Source: a virus (lineage: Duplodnaviria; Heunggongvirae; Uroviricota; Caudoviricetes). From it: DNA of 64,000 nucleotides. How positions within the stretch are numbered: position 1 is the stretch's first letter; every line of letters starts with the position of its first letter. Positions 44,830 through 55,357 of the stretch are shown here, piece after piece. The notes under the pieces are model-generated. The model was not told the origin of the DNA. It saw nothing but the letters and a program-made list of their open reading frames with translations, and did no database searches. Made by a program: the position numbers and the translations under genes. Location of the stretch: positions 197,404 to 261,403 of IMG/VR virus record IMGVR_UViG_3300001199_000001; one strand, 5' to 3'.

Positions 44830-45645
44830 TCAGGCATGTTTCATCACATAGGCGTTCACGTCGTCCATGATCCTCGCCACGTCGAGCGCATAGAGGCCCG
44901 CCGAGTTGAAGGTGTTGTATTCGATGACCTTGAACTCGTCTCCGACTTGCGCGATGTCGATGACATAGACCGGCGCCGGGGCGTAACGTTCATGCGCGGC
45001 GTAGATCAGCGCCTCGACTTCCGGCAGTATGTGACGCTGCGGCATAACCTTCTGATATTGCTTGTAAATACAGCAATCACTGATCTTGCCATCAACCACG
45101 ACCGTGCGCCACTCGACGCCGATATCTTTCGGTTCCGATATGGCAACCTCAAAATCATTATCAGTTAGATAGCCGATATCGATCATCCACTTGTACCAAC
45201 GGTCAAAACCGTCGGCGCTGATGACCGCGCCTGCAAATTCCTTGGTGTCAGAATCCGGTTTGATGAAGATATCTTGCCTGCCCTCGGGATGGGCCAGGAC
45301 CGTAGCCGCGAGAAAACGCTCGACCATGCTCATCTTCAGAAAGACTGCATCGCTGTTCAGGTATAGGTCTTTCAGAGAGTTGCAGACCATCCCTTCGCTG
45401 TGGATATCAGCGCCGCCGAACACGCCCGGCCTCCAGCCATGCGTCTTGGCCAGTTTCTGGATACCGATGGAGCCATAGACGACGCACGGGCCGTCGATCT
45501 GCGGAACAGGTCCATCAATTTCATGTGCAAACGGGATGACCCGGACGACATGATAGGGGATGCCTCTGGCCTCGGCATGCGCGACCATCCGGTCGAAGCA
45601 GGCTTCGTCAAAGACGTTGCTTTCGAGGACCCAGGTGACGGTCAT
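44830..45645 (-). CDS. ATP-grasp domain protein (DUF4343/R2K-like)
   Basis: VYGS, FIKP..D.K.F.G, EWRTVVVDGK, YVIDIA...KVIEYN.FNSAGLY. Confidence 0.8.
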   Translation of the reverse strand: MTVTWVLESNVFDEACFDRMVAHAEARGIPYHVVRVIPFAHEIDGPVPQIDGPCVVYGSIGIQKLAKTHGWRPGVFGGADIHSEGMVCNSLKDLYLNSDAVFLKMSMVERFLAATVLAHPEGRQDIFIKPDSDTKEFAGAVISADGFDRWYKWMIDIGYLTDNDFEVAISEPKDIGVEWRTVVVDGKISDCCIYKQYQKVMPQRHILPEVEALIYAAHERYAPAPVYVIDIAQVGDEFKVIEYNTFNSAGLYALDVARIMDDVNAYVMKHA

Positions 45646-46010
45646 GTCTTCTCTTTCAACCGTTCCCAATAAGCAGGCATGCCGTATTTCGGTCTACCGT
45701 CGCCGTCTTTAAGCTGCGCAACGCTGCGGCCGAAATCCCGCGCGCAAGCATCCTTGCAGAAGTCGTTTGCTATGTAGGACTCACCATCCCAGACATAGGC
45801 GCTCGTCACATAGCGTTTCTCGCCCTCGCCCCAGTATCGCACCGAAATGACCTGTCCATTGACCAAGCGCTGGACTTCCGCCCTGTTGCGGGGGACCTCG
45901 ACGTGGTTAGTACTGTAATCGTCAACGGCTCGGCGGCTCTGGTCAAAGATATGCCAAGCCGTCCGCTTCGGAATGTCCTTACCGCAGTTGCGGCAGATCG
46001 GGGCTGGCAT
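45642..46010 (-). CDS. Hypothetical zinc-binding protein
   Basis: CRNC ... FCKDACA. Confidence 0.65.
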   Translation of the reverse strand: MPAPICRNCGKDIPKRTAWHIFDQSRRAVDDYSTNHVEVPRNRAEVQRLVNGQVISVRYWGEGEKRYVTSAYVWDGESYIANDFCKDACARDFGRSVAQLKDGDGRPKYGMPAYWERLKEKT

Positions 46011-46176
46011 CAGCTTTTCACCTCAAGGCAAACATCCTCACCGAACGTCTCGGCGCAAGCAGCTATGCAGGCCTTGCGTGTCGCATAGCCGCCAATCGTC
46101 TGTCGCCCGCATACGCCTTGCTCTTGGGCGTACCACAGTTCGTCATCCTCCGATTGCCAGATGATCGCCGATGCGC

Positions 46177-46566
46177 TCACTGTTCCAGTCCATAATAAAT
46201 GGTCGGTTCTTTAGTCTCTTCGTACCGCGAATATCCGATCATAGTCTCTTCGCTGGCCTCAAGGTGTGGCCTGATCCAATCGATGAAAAGTTCGATCTCA
46301 TCGTCATAGTTCTTTATATCAGCGCGGGAAATTAACACCCAGTACTCGCCGATATCATCGTATTCAAAAAGGACCGTCGAGCGCGGTACGAAGTAGTAGC
46401 TGGCGGACGAGAACAACCACTTCCAACGCGGTGTGTTGAACAGCGGATGATCCGGCAATGGCGGCTGTGTCTCAAGCTGCCCCGCCATGAACTTCAGGAC
46501 GTTGATGACCTCCGGGTTGTCGTTCTTGACCCGCGCCGACATCATCAACTCTGTGTACATGCCCAT
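46177..46566 (-). CDS. Hypothetical protein (MGMYTE N-terminus)
   Basis: KNYDDEIELFIDWI.P...GYSRYEE motif. Confidence 0.75.
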   Translation of the reverse strand: MGMYTELMMSARVKNDNPEVINVLKFMAGQLETQPPLPDHPLFNTPRWKWLFSSASYYFVPRSTVLFEYDDIGEYWVLISRADIKNYDDEIELFIDWIRPHLEASEETMIGYSRYEETKEPTIYYGLEQ

Positions 46567-46578
46567 GGTGTGGCTTTC

Positions 46579-47277
46579 CTAGAAGAAGTCGGTCTTGGCG
46601 CCGTCGCCGTAATTGCGGATTTCATCAGGCCATTTGACCACGACGTTCGGCCAGATGGCGGTGACTTCGCCCTCGACCCTGACGTTGTTCGGATGCTGTC
46701 CGACCCAGCGTGACACCTTCTCACCTTCCCTGGCGAGCCTGCGCCAACCGCCGCCGATGTACCGGCCGCCGGTTTCGTGTTCGATCACACGGGCGACATC
46801 GTCGGTGATGTCGGTGAAGAGATCAGCCGCGCTGATGCCGCGTTCTTTCAGATATTCTCTGTCAAGGTCTTGGGCCTCCGTGCAGCGGCTGTAAATCTCG
46901 CTGAAGGCCAGATCGCCGGGCTTGCGCTTGCTTTCCGGCAGGTCGCCATCCTCGGCGTAATCACCGACGAGAACGACACGATCCCCGACCCAGCGGCCGA
47001 TGGTGCGGCGTGCGACTTCGTTGTAGTCTTCGACCACCGGGGCGCCCTCCATGCGGTGGCTGTCGACGGTTAGATCACGCTCGGGGCCGTAGTAGTTGGA
47101 ATCGAGATCAAAATCACCACCGCCGCGTCGCTCTGGCATCGCCGCCAAAAGGATGATCAGGGCCGAGCCGACGCCCTCGCCGTGGACCTGCTCGCCGAGC
47201 TTGAGGCCGCAGCCCAGCTTGTGCGGCATGATGAATTCACGTTTGTCGAGATTGACCGTCTTCCAGTACTGGCCCAT
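46579..47277 (-). CDS. Hypothetical protein (MGQY N-terminus)
   Basis: NLDKREF..PH...GLKL.E...GRWVGDRVVLVGDY; own promoter. Confidence 0.8.
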   Translation of the reverse strand: MGQYWKTVNLDKREFIMPHKLGCGLKLGEQVHGEGVGSALIILLAAMPERRGGGDFDLDSNYYGPERDLTVDSHRMEGAPVVEDYNEVARRTIGRWVGDRVVLVGDYAEDGDLPESKRKPGDLAFSEIYSRCTEAQDLDREYLKERGISAADLFTDITDDVARVIEHETGGRYIGGGWRRLAREGEKVSRWVGQHPNNVRVEGEVTAIWPNVVVKWPDEIRNYGDGAKTDFF

Positions 47278-47352
47278 GTGGGTAGCTCTCCGTGAGAAAT
47301 GATGTTGAGAGAAGATTATCCGGAATGGCGGTCTTTGTCAACAGCTTTTATT

Positions 47353-47634
47353 TTATTCGTCGAACGGAATGGAGCGGACGACGATGTCACCATCCGTCGT
47401 GTGCTTCGTCTCGAAATCCTGATCGTCAAGATCATCGATGATGTCGTAGACATCTGCGAGGGCTCGTATGCCTGAATACCTTACAAACGCTTTATAAATG
47501 GTAGTAGGCCGGACCCACGCTCCACGCCTTCCCCTGAGGTAGTTCTCAACCGCCATGCCAGCGGAGACTTTTTCAGACAGCCGCCGTAAATCTGAAAGCG
47601 AAGTGACACTACGGGTAGGACGGACTTGCGGCAT
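47353..47634 (-). CDS. Hypothetical protein
   Basis: Tiled ORF. Confidence 0.55.
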   Translation of the reverse strand: MPQVRPTRSVTSLSDLRRLSEKVSAGMAVENYLRGRRGAWVRPTTIYKAFVRYSGIRALADVYDIIDDLDDQDFETKHTTDGDIVVRSIPFDE

Positions 47635-47637
47635 GGT

Positions 47638-49566
47638 TCACCTTTCTTTGCTTAAGTTTGCGTAATAATCCTCAGCCGCCAGCATCAGCGGCGCCCATTG
47701 CAGATATTCCTGCCGCGTCCTCGGGTCGCGGAAAAACTGTTTGTAATCACCGGGCTTATAGGCCGAGACGTTGAATAGGCGCTCTACCGGAACCGCGATG
47801 CTTCTGGGCTTTGTCGGACTGTTGGAATTCCATGACTCAGTTTTCATGGTCCAGTGGAACACGGCCTTGCGGGCGCGCGGTTGCCACACCTTAATGGTCT
47901 CGATAAGGCCGGGGCCGGGGTTGCCGTACGGCTCCCAGTACTCGCCGAAGTCGCGGTGTCTATCGCCATAGCGATAGTCTTTTGCCACTCGCTCGTTCTC
48001 TCTTCGGGCACATTCCTCGCCCCAGTACCGGCGCTGACCTGTGACCACCGAGCCTTCGCCTAAGGTGGCGTTGAGCCGGTCACGATAAGCCTGGAAGTCC
48101 GGCTTTTCACCGTCATACAAGGCAGAGCCGCTGCCGTCATAGACAAGCTCAACAGCCCGCTCGAAACCGTGCTGCGTCCACATCTGGACGGGCGGGTGCG
48201 GGTGCAGGACCGGCGAGCGGTCGAACAGGCCTTGAATAATCAGACCGACGCGATTGTAGGCCTTGATCTGTTTGGCGACTTCAGCGCTGGCGTCATCGAA
48301 GTAGACGCTCGATGGGTCGAACGGCTCATACTTGTCATGGTCGAAGCTCGGGACATATGGCGCGTGCATCCAGTGCTTGTCTGGATTTTCCGCCGTCCAG
48401 GCTTCCGCTTTAGCCTTCGCCGTCTCGTACTCTTCCTTCAGGCTCTCGTATTCGCGACGCGGGATGAGTTTATCAATCCGCGAGCCGAACAGTTTGATGA
48501 CCAGTTCGCTGCTGAGGTCAGCGGCGCCTGCGTCCGGAAACAGTTTCGATCCGAAGTCGAAATCGGTATCGATCCGCCAAACCTGATCACCATTGCGGAT
48601 ATAGATGAAGGTCAGTTCGTCAGCCTTGGCCAATTCGAAATTGATAAAGGCGTCGATAATACGCGCTACGGACCTTTCCTTCTCCTTTCGACGGACCCGG
48701 AAGGCAGTGACGGTGCGGGGGAAGGGGAGTAGCCGGTCACGGTTCTCCGGCTTGGCGAGCCAAGCGTCGAACTGGCTGATCTGCTTGAATTCCATGCCGC
48801 CCGCCGAATAGTTCAGCAAGCATTCTTCGTCCATATAGAGACGGCGTTGCATGATGTGCAGCTTGTCGCCCATGCCCGCAGGTTCGCCATCCGCGCATTG
48901 CACGGCGTCTTCCGTCAGACCAGCGTAGAGGCTGACGTTGAAGATGGAATCGTTGATGCGCTCCAGGGCGCCTTTCATTGGACCGATCTTGGCCTGGAGG
49001 GGCAGAGCCCCAGCCGACATCCATTTGGCGAGATTGTTGTTGGCGTTCTCGACCTGTTTAAAGAGGTCGGGCAGGGTGGTTTCCTTGGCCTTTATAAGCT
49101 CTTGCTTATAGACATTGACATCGATCTGCGATGATAGGACCGCAAGCGCGCCTTGCCCGCCCGTGGCCATCGACTGGTCGGTTACGGCGGTTGTCGGTGC
49201 GACACCCAGCCGCGCGGTCAGGGCTTGGATTTCGCCTAGAAGCTGCTGAGTCTTCTTCTGATAAGTCTCGACGTTGTTGCGAATAATCTGCTCAGCATTA
49301 GGTTCGCGCCGCAGCGTGTCCCAGAACTCGTTGAAGTGAACCCGCTTCTGCGAACTGCCATAGCCGGGCTTTTGCGGGTGGGCCAACTCGACATAGTTCG
49401 AGCCGATGACCATGACGCAGCCCAGCCATTCGTAGACATCGCCCTTTTTCATCCCGTCGCGGTCGTAGGCGCAGGTTTCCTTGACCCAGTACCATTGCCC
49501 GATCTCAAGATCGGACTCGCTGGCCTGCACCGAGACCGGATCGTTCGGATTGATGATGTCGTTCAT
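47638..49566 (-). CDS. Large hypothetical protein with coiled-coil region
   Basis: 642-aa ORF, leaderless promoter TTGACA-N16-TATAAT-N7-ATG. Confidence 0.85.
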   Translation of the reverse strand: MNDIINPNDPVSVQASESDLEIGQWYWVKETCAYDRDGMKKGDVYEWLGCVMVIGSNYVELAHPQKPGYGSSQKRVHFNEFWDTLRREPNAEQIIRNNVETYQKKTQQLLGEIQALTARLGVAPTTAVTDQSMATGGQGALAVLSSQIDVNVYKQELIKAKETTLPDLFKQVENANNNLAKWMSAGALPLQAKIGPMKGALERINDSIFNVSLYAGLTEDAVQCADGEPAGMGDKLHIMQRRLYMDEECLLNYSAGGMEFKQISQFDAWLAKPENRDRLLPFPRTVTAFRVRRKEKERSVARIIDAFINFELAKADELTFIYIRNGDQVWRIDTDFDFGSKLFPDAGAADLSSELVIKLFGSRIDKLIPRREYESLKEEYETAKAKAEAWTAENPDKHWMHAPYVPSFDHDKYEPFDPSSVYFDDASAEVAKQIKAYNRVGLIIQGLFDRSPVLHPHPPVQMWTQHGFERAVELVYDGSGSALYDGEKPDFQAYRDRLNATLGEGSVVTGQRRYWGEECARRENERVAKDYRYGDRHRDFGEYWEPYGNPGPGLIETIKVWQPRARKAVFHWTMKTESWNSNSPTKPRSIAVPVERLFNVSAYKPGDYKQFFRDPRTRQEYLQWAPLMLAAEDYYANLSKER

Positions 49567-49613
49567 GGTGAGGATTATAGAGGGCTGGTGGGTTATGTCA
49601 ACAGGTTAAAACT

Positions 49614-49964
49614 TCAGGCATGGTTCAAGGTACCCAAAAGAGCATCCATCAGAGCGTTCGCGCTCTCCGGTGAATTCGCATCAAAGATCACTTCGCTGCC
49701 GGTCTTCGACAGCGTGCCGTCGAGCAAGAGGTCGCGGATCGCCTCGGCGTTACGAGCGATAGCTATCAGTCGGGGTAAGGCGGTAACAGCGGCGGCGGTA
49801 AGCGCGATCTCATGCATCTCGCCTTTCAGCGGGAACATGCCCTCTTGCCGCCCGTCCTCGATCAACGACAGCCCGTTGCTCAGGACGTGCCGACTGACGA
49901 ACCAAGGGGGCGGCGCGGCCTTGGCGAGCAAGGTTTCGAGTGTATCGAGTTCCGTATTATTCAT
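49614..49964 (-). CDS. Hypothetical protein (Ea22/ead-like N-terminus)
   Basis: LETLLAKAAPPPW ... IALTAAA...LPRLIA. Confidence 0.55.
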   Translation of the reverse strand: MNNTELDTLETLLAKAAPPPWFVSRHVLSNGLSLIEDGRQEGMFPLKGEMHEIALTAAAVTALPRLIAIARNAEAIRDLLLDGTLSKTGSEVIFDANSPESANALMDALLGTLNHA

Positions 49965-49997
49965 TGGACATCGAACGTTGATCGTATTCAGGATCGG

Positions 49998-50279
49998 TCA
50001 ATATCTCTCACCTTTCAAGAGATGGCCCTCCAGTTGGAGCACACCTAGTGCGTGCTCAAGACGGCAATAGGCTTCGTAACGCTCCGGCGGCAAATCATCC
50101 AGCGTTTCACCCATCAGGAAATCCGGGGCGGCCTCTTGGACCCGCTGATGCAGGTCCGCGTACTGGCGCGTGCAGGGCGTGAAACCCAGCATGTTCGGCC
50201 ATTCGATGGAGTCGTCGTGCACCAGTCCGACGGGCTGACGTTGCGCTTCAATCGCCTGATGGGCTTCGAGTTCGTTCAT
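49998..50279 (-). CDS. Hypothetical protein
   Basis: RBS AAGGAG; promoter upstream. Confidence 0.65.
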   Translation of the reverse strand: MNELEAHQAIEAQRQPVGLVHDDSIEWPNMLGFTPCTRQYADLHQRVQEAAPDFLMGETLDDLPPERYEAYCRLEHALGVLQLEGHLLKGERY

Positions 50280-50314
50280 CTGACTCTCCTTGACCTTGAC
50301 CTAATACCCACATA

Positions 50315-50896
50315 TTAGAGCACGGCTTCGGTCATGTCAACAGCTTTAATCCTTAGGTCTCGATTGAGGGCAGCGCGCTTCCGGCTGGCTTCACGACGCA
50401 AGGCGTCACGGGCCGCCCGACGACGCGAATCCTCCGCCAGGGTGCGGCTGATAACGTCCTCTCGATTGAGGGCATATTCGATGGCGGTGGCTTTGCCCCC
50501 CAGCCGAGCCGCCGTGTCTTTTCTGCTGAGACCTTCGTCGAAGAACAGCCGCCAAACATCCGGTGAATAGACGGAGCCTTTCCGGCGAAGCTCAACCCCG
50601 TTTTCACGGCAAATTTGAGTGACTTTATAAGGGTAGGTATCGACAAGAACGGCGATCTCGTTGCGGTCCTTGCCTTCCTTGGCGAGAGCGACGACCTCAC
50701 GTTGCAAGCGTTTCCAGGCCCCCGACGTGCGGTATTTACGTTCCGTTACCGGCCTCAGGTTGTTGATAGCGAGATGCACGGCGCTGACCGTTACGCCAAG
50801 TTCCTTGGCGATGGCGGTGTAGGTTATTTTCTCGGTTTCAAACCGGCGTAAGGCTGCTTCGTGATCGAATTTACGGCAGTGGAGGCGCTTAGTCAT
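50315..50896 (-). CDS. Multi-HTH protein
   Basis: TYTAIAKELGVTVSAV; RNEIAVLV; GLSRKDTAARLG. Confidence 0.7.
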   Translation of the reverse strand: MTKRLHCRKFDHEAALRRFETEKITYTAIAKELGVTVSAVHLAINNLRPVTERKYRTSGAWKRLQREVVALAKEGKDRNEIAVLVDTYPYKVTQICRENGVELRRKGSVYSPDVWRLFFDEGLSRKDTAARLGGKATAIEYALNREDVISRTLAEDSRRRAARDALRREASRKRAALNRDLRIKAVDMTEAVL

Positions 50897-51124
50897 TTTT
50901 ACTCATTCGTTGGTTAAAAGTTGCACGACTGATCATCTCTCCTCGGACGATCCACAGCATTTGAGCCCAGTTATCGTCGGCCCACGCCTGAGCTTGTTCG
51001 GGTGTGTCGCCGCATAAAAGTCCAGCTTGCACCGCCTTTTCGACACAACGTTTTTTCATCGCAGGTGATGTCGGTTCTTGCGATAAACCACGCCTTAGGA
51101 GTTCAGCTTCCCACGCGGACATCT

Positions 51125-51364
51125 CTAAGCCTGCACCGGCACTTCACTGCTGGCCCACATTTCCTCACGGCGGCGACACATGTCGGCAAGATCGAGCATG
51201 TGGTCGACGACAGTCGGGAAGAGGTCGTAGAGCATGGAGAGTTCTTTTTCGGTCTCCTTGGCGCCGCCGCTCTTGATCAATTCAGCCAGACGTACAGCCT
51301 CGCTAAGTTCGCCCTTGGCGATATCGTCATAGATGCTTTGGAGGTTCGGGCTAAGGTCGGTCAT
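51125..51364 (-). CDS. Hypothetical protein
   Basis: RBS GAGGAG. Confidence 0.6.
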   Translation of the reverse strand: MTDLSPNLQSIYDDIAKGELSEAVRLAELIKSGGAKETEKELSMLYDLFPTVVDHMLDLADMCRRREEMWASSEVPVQA

Positions 51365-51684
51365 GATTCTTCTCCTCTAGCGTGTACACGGTGACCTCTC
51401 CGACGCCCTCACAGGCCGGACAGTAGGTATCTTGGTAGTCAGGCGCACAGAGCAGACAAGGAGCCGTCAGGACGCGGCCCTGAGGACCGACGGTCTCGGC
51501 GTCCTCATATACCCCGTTGAAGGCGCTCATCGCTCTTCAAGGTCCCGGCACTCGCGCGGCGCCCCGACCGATCCGACGACCATCAAGCAATTCTGGCAGA
51601 TATAGCCGTACCCGGCGTCATAGTTGAAGAACGCCGTAGCGCCGCATGGCGTGGTGACTGGTGGGAAGCGCTCGCCCTCTTCCA

Positions 51685-51924
51685 TCATGTCTCAAGCGGC
51701 CCCCGCTCCGCACAGGCCGCCGTATAAGTCTCGGCGATCCATTCGGCGGTGATGCGCGCTTCTTCATCACCGCCAAGGCGTCCCGTGTGTAGTGTCAGCA
51801 CGGCGTCATGGACGGTATCAAGATTGCCCTCCATGCCAACATGCCATTGCCCGTTGATCTTGCGCGCGACCCAGCCGCCGCGATGCGAGGAAGGGTCGGG
51901 GAGTAAGTTTCTGGTTTCCATCAT
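51685..51924 (-). CDS. Hypothetical protein
   Basis: RBS GGAGG; coupled. Confidence 0.6.
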   Translation of the reverse strand: MMETRNLLPDPSSHRGGWVARKINGQWHVGMEGNLDTVHDAVLTLHTGRLGGDEEARITAEWIAETYTAACAERGPLET

Positions 51925-52141
51925 ATCGCCTCCAAAGACTCGACAGGAATTGTAAAGAAGGGGTAGCCGCCTTCGGGGTCCTTGGTCACGCTGATGTGCT
52001 CAATTCCCGTAAAGCGGGTGTCATCGTTCGCGCAGCCGTAGTCATAACCGGAGCAGCGGTAGACGATATCGCCGGACTTGGCGCTGAACTCCGTCCCGCC
52101 CCGCGAGATGCCCTTTATGACACGATAGGATTCTGGTTTCA

Positions 52142-52669
52142 TCAGTGGAAACACACTGCGCCATCGTCGGCTGCGGTCTCGAAAGCCGTCTTCCACTCAA
52201 GATAGCGTTCGAAGTAGCTAGCACCCGACGCGCCGTCGCTACGGGCTTCCTGTGCTTGCGGTAAGAAGTCTTTGAAGTCCTGCGCGAGCTTGGCGCAGAC
52301 TTCGGTTCCCAACGTACCTTCGCAGTCCGAGAAGTTCAGCAGTTCCCAGAATGGTCCGCCAGCCACCGAGATTGCCCCGGCCCAGTAATCGAAACCGCCG
52401 TAGCCGCCCTTCTTCGGCGTGTATCGCGCGAGGGCCGCGAGCCATTCACGAAAGTTGCTGTAGCCGCTGTAAGAACCCGCACGGAACCCGCCGGTCTCCC
52501 CTTCGACGCGATAGAACGCCTTGTGTTCTAGTGGACTTTCACGACCGGGAAAAGCTGGATTGGCGTAAATCTCGACGTAATCGTCATAGTCGATGAGTTC
52601 GCCGTCTTCATCGACCTCGGCGTCGGGGGCGTGGACGAGCTTGCTGTAATAAGAGATGTCGAGACCCAT
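52142..52669 (-). CDS. Hypothetical protein (MGLD N-terminus)
   Basis: FRAGSYSGYSNFREWLA...PFWELLNFSDCEG..G...KLA.DF. Confidence 0.8.
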   Translation of the reverse strand: MGLDISYYSKLVHAPDAEVDEDGELIDYDDYVEIYANPAFPGRESPLEHKAFYRVEGETGGFRAGSYSGYSNFREWLAALARYTPKKGGYGGFDYWAGAISVAGGPFWELLNFSDCEGTLGTEVCAKLAQDFKDFLPQAQEARSDGASGASYFERYLEWKTAFETAADDGAVCFH

Positions 52670-53373
52670 TTAGTCCTCTGAATTTGCGTCGAGCGCGATG
52701 AAGAGCATAGCCATATGCGCCGCCGCATAAGGCCCGTGATAAAGTTCGGTCCAGTGGTGCACGAACTGGGTGATACGAACGTATCCCAGCCGCACCTTAT
52801 CGATGTGAGACTCAGCGCCAATCATCGGAATTACGCATACGGTGGTCGAGCGCGGCTTGAGTGTATTTGCTCAGCGTTTCGCGCGAGACAAAACCGGCGC
52901 GTTTGCCGCAGGTGATGCACTCACCCCAGCAGCCGGTATCGTCCGATGCGAACTTGTATCCGCAGAGACTGAAGAAGCAGAGCGGCAGGCGCCAGAGGGG
53001 ATGTTTCATGTGATAACGAATCCCTCGCCCCGTTCAGTCAGGAGCTTTTTACGGATATCATCGGGAATTCCAGGGAGGCTGCGGATATAAGCCAACCCTT
53101 CCCGTCTGGTCATGCGATCCTTTTTGATTCCTTCTTCAGCACCGGGCATAGACCATGAGAAGGTCCCGTCTTTGTGACGGTACAGCATGCTATAAATCCT
53201 CCTTAGGAGGCGAGCCCGGCTGCCACACAGCGCCGTGGAGCCCCGTGGGGCGGCGGATGCGGTGACGGCTGGCCCAGGGGCTGCCCGGCGCGGCGTTAAG
53301 ATCGATCTGGGTCTCGTACGTTATATCGCCAAGCATCGCCGCCTCGATCCAATACGGTCGGATTTCCTCGTTA

Positions 53374-53874
53374 TCAACCACTGACGACAATGATCCCGCT
53401 GCGGTCGCCGAACGTTACGTTCTGCCGCGCCGACATGTCAGGGTAGTCGTAAGCGACGCCGGTTACAGCAGCATTCTTGGCGTGACCGAATTCCTCATCC
53501 GCCACCCAGTCCGGATCGGGGTTGAGAATTTTTACGGAGCGAACATAGAAGTAGGGCACTTGATCGATGAGGAAATCACCTTTGAAATCCGTGTAGTCAG
53601 ATTCCCGGTGGACCACGCCGACGCCGGGGACGAAGACATACGCATAATCAGTCGTGTCGCTGTCGTTCCACGGCCAGGGCCATCCCTTATGGGGACGCGT
53701 GGCGTCGTCGCGGTAGCTTAGGAACGTCTCCAGCGCAGCCTTGAAGTCAGCTTCACTTTCGGCGGCGAGAACAGCCTCATCGATCCCGCCAGGATAGCCA
53801 TCCCATGCGGTCGAGCCTAGCCAATCCAGGGACCCGTCCGCCAGTTGGACGTAATAGTCGGCGCGGGTTCCCAT
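53374..53874 (-). CDS. Hypothetical protein (MGTR N-terminus); first gene of leftward block
   Basis: WLGS.AWDGYP...GWPWPW.DS.TTDYAY; RBS GGAG. Confidence 0.8.
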   Translation of the reverse strand: MGTRADYYVQLADGSLDWLGSTAWDGYPGGIDEAVLAAESEADFKAALETFLSYRDDATRPHKGWPWPWNDSDTTDYAYVFVPGVGVVHRESDYTDFKGDFLIDQVPYFYVRSVKILNPDPDWVADEEFGHAKNAAVTGVAYDYPDMSARQNVTFGDRSGIIVVSG

Positions 53875-53899
53875 GGGCTCTCCGTTTTCAGCGATGACA

Positions 53900-53993
53900 C
53901 GACCCTAGTCGATCTCGCCGGGGTAGTCAATATGTGTTGCCAACGGAAATTTAAAATGCTAATGTTGACACATCGTCCCACAACCGAGGTCCC
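53900..53993. promoter_or_regulatory. Divergent promoter region (strand switch of the gene array)
   Basis: TTGACT on minus (~53924-53929) and TTGACA on plus (53965-53970), AT-rich spacer. Confidence 0.7.
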
Positions 53994-55157
53994 ATGAGCC
54001 ACTTCACCGTACTTGTCGTCTGCGATCACACCGAAGATCAATCCAAGCTGGCGGCGATGTTGCAGCCGTACCACGAGTACGAATGCACCGGGGTCGAGGA
54101 CGAATATGTCGTTGATGTCGACAAGACCGAAGAGGTCCGTGAGCAGTACCAAAAGGACACCACGCGGAAGCTGCGCGACGCAGCGGGGAATCTTTCCTGT
54201 CCTTATGACTACGCCAACTATCGCGAGCCCACGTCGGAAGAGAAGGCTGAAATGGGGCCGTTCGGCGGCAGCGGTTCAACCAAATCCGGGCTGTCCTATT
54301 TCAGCCGCGACTGGGGCGACGGGCAGGGTTATCGCCCGAAGATCAGGTTCATCCCCGAAGGGCTCGAAGAGGTCGAACTGCCTGTTAAGGAAGTCCAGAC
54401 TTTAGCAGAATGGGCGAGCGACTATTATGGTTGGCCCATCGTTCACACCATCGGCGACAAGACATTCGTCTATCCCGGCGCGGGCGACGACGATAGCGAT
54501 CCGCCGAACCCTAAGTACGGGCGTATCGAAGTCGATGAGAACGGCGAAGTCGTCCGCTGCATCGACCGCACGAATCCCAATGCCAAGTGGGACTGGTGGG
54601 TCGTCGGCGGACGCTATTCTGGCCGACTGGTCGACAAGCAGGGCCGTAAATATGATGTCTTGAAGGCGGGTGAATGGGACCTTGACGGTCAGATCGAGCG
54701 CTATACCGCCCGCTTCAACCGCTACTATGACGACATTCAAAACGCCATCGCCGGGCTGCCTTACCGGTCGTGGCAGGATATCACCGCCGAACTCGGTTAC
54801 GGCGATGTCGCCCGGACGTTCTACCATGAGCAAGAGAGCGTCAAGGCCGCCAAGGCGGTGAAGCGCTACGATGCTGCGCCGGGGGACGCCGAACAGCATC
54901 AGGACACCATCCTGGGGTATTTCTGGGATAATCTCAGCGACTGGACGGGGCCACGTGACAAGGTTGTCGCCGCCAAAGTCTGGGCCAACATCGGCAGCTT
55001 CGCCATTCTCGATAAGAACGGCTGGCATCAGAAGGGCGACATGGGCTGGTGGGCGTCGGTCTCGAACGAGGATGAAGACTGGCCTATCAAGGCGCTGGAA
55101 CTGGTGCGCAGCCTGCCGCCGGAACAGAACCTCTATATGGTCGACTGTCACATCTAA
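53994..55157 (+). CDS. Hypothetical protein (MSHF family)
   Basis: MSHFTVLV...L.PYHE, NPNAKWDWWVVGGRYSG, G.MGWW, VDCHI motifs. Confidence 0.85.
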   Translation: MSHFTVLVVCDHTEDQSKLAAMLQPYHEYECTGVEDEYVVDVDKTEEVREQYQKDTTRKLRDAAGNLSCPYDYANYREPTSEEKAEMGPFGGSGSTKSGLSYFSRDWGDGQGYRPKIRFIPEGLEEVELPVKEVQTLAEWASDYYGWPIVHTIGDKTFVYPGAGDDDSDPPNPKYGRIEVDENGEVVRCIDRTNPNAKWDWWVVGGRYSGRLVDKQGRKYDVLKAGEWDLDGQIERYTARFNRYYDDIQNAIAGLPYRSWQDITAELGYGDVARTFYHEQESVKAAKAVKRYDAAPGDAEQHQDTILGYFWDNLSDWTGPRDKVVAAKVWANIGSFAILDKNGWHQKGDMGWWASVSNEDEDWPIKALELVRSLPPEQNLYMVDCHI

Positions 55158-55357
55158 AGGGCGGCGATGAGCGAAGTCTATGACACAAATATCGGCGACG
55201 CTCGGTTCAAGGCCGCCATGCAGACGATGACGCCTGAGCAGATGTGGGCGATTCGGGTGATCTTCTCGGCTGAACGCTCCGTGCGTCATCAATACCCGGC
55301 GAGTGTGATCGATGATCCGGTCGGGGTGGCGTACGCCGTGGCCTGTCAGAAGATCAG

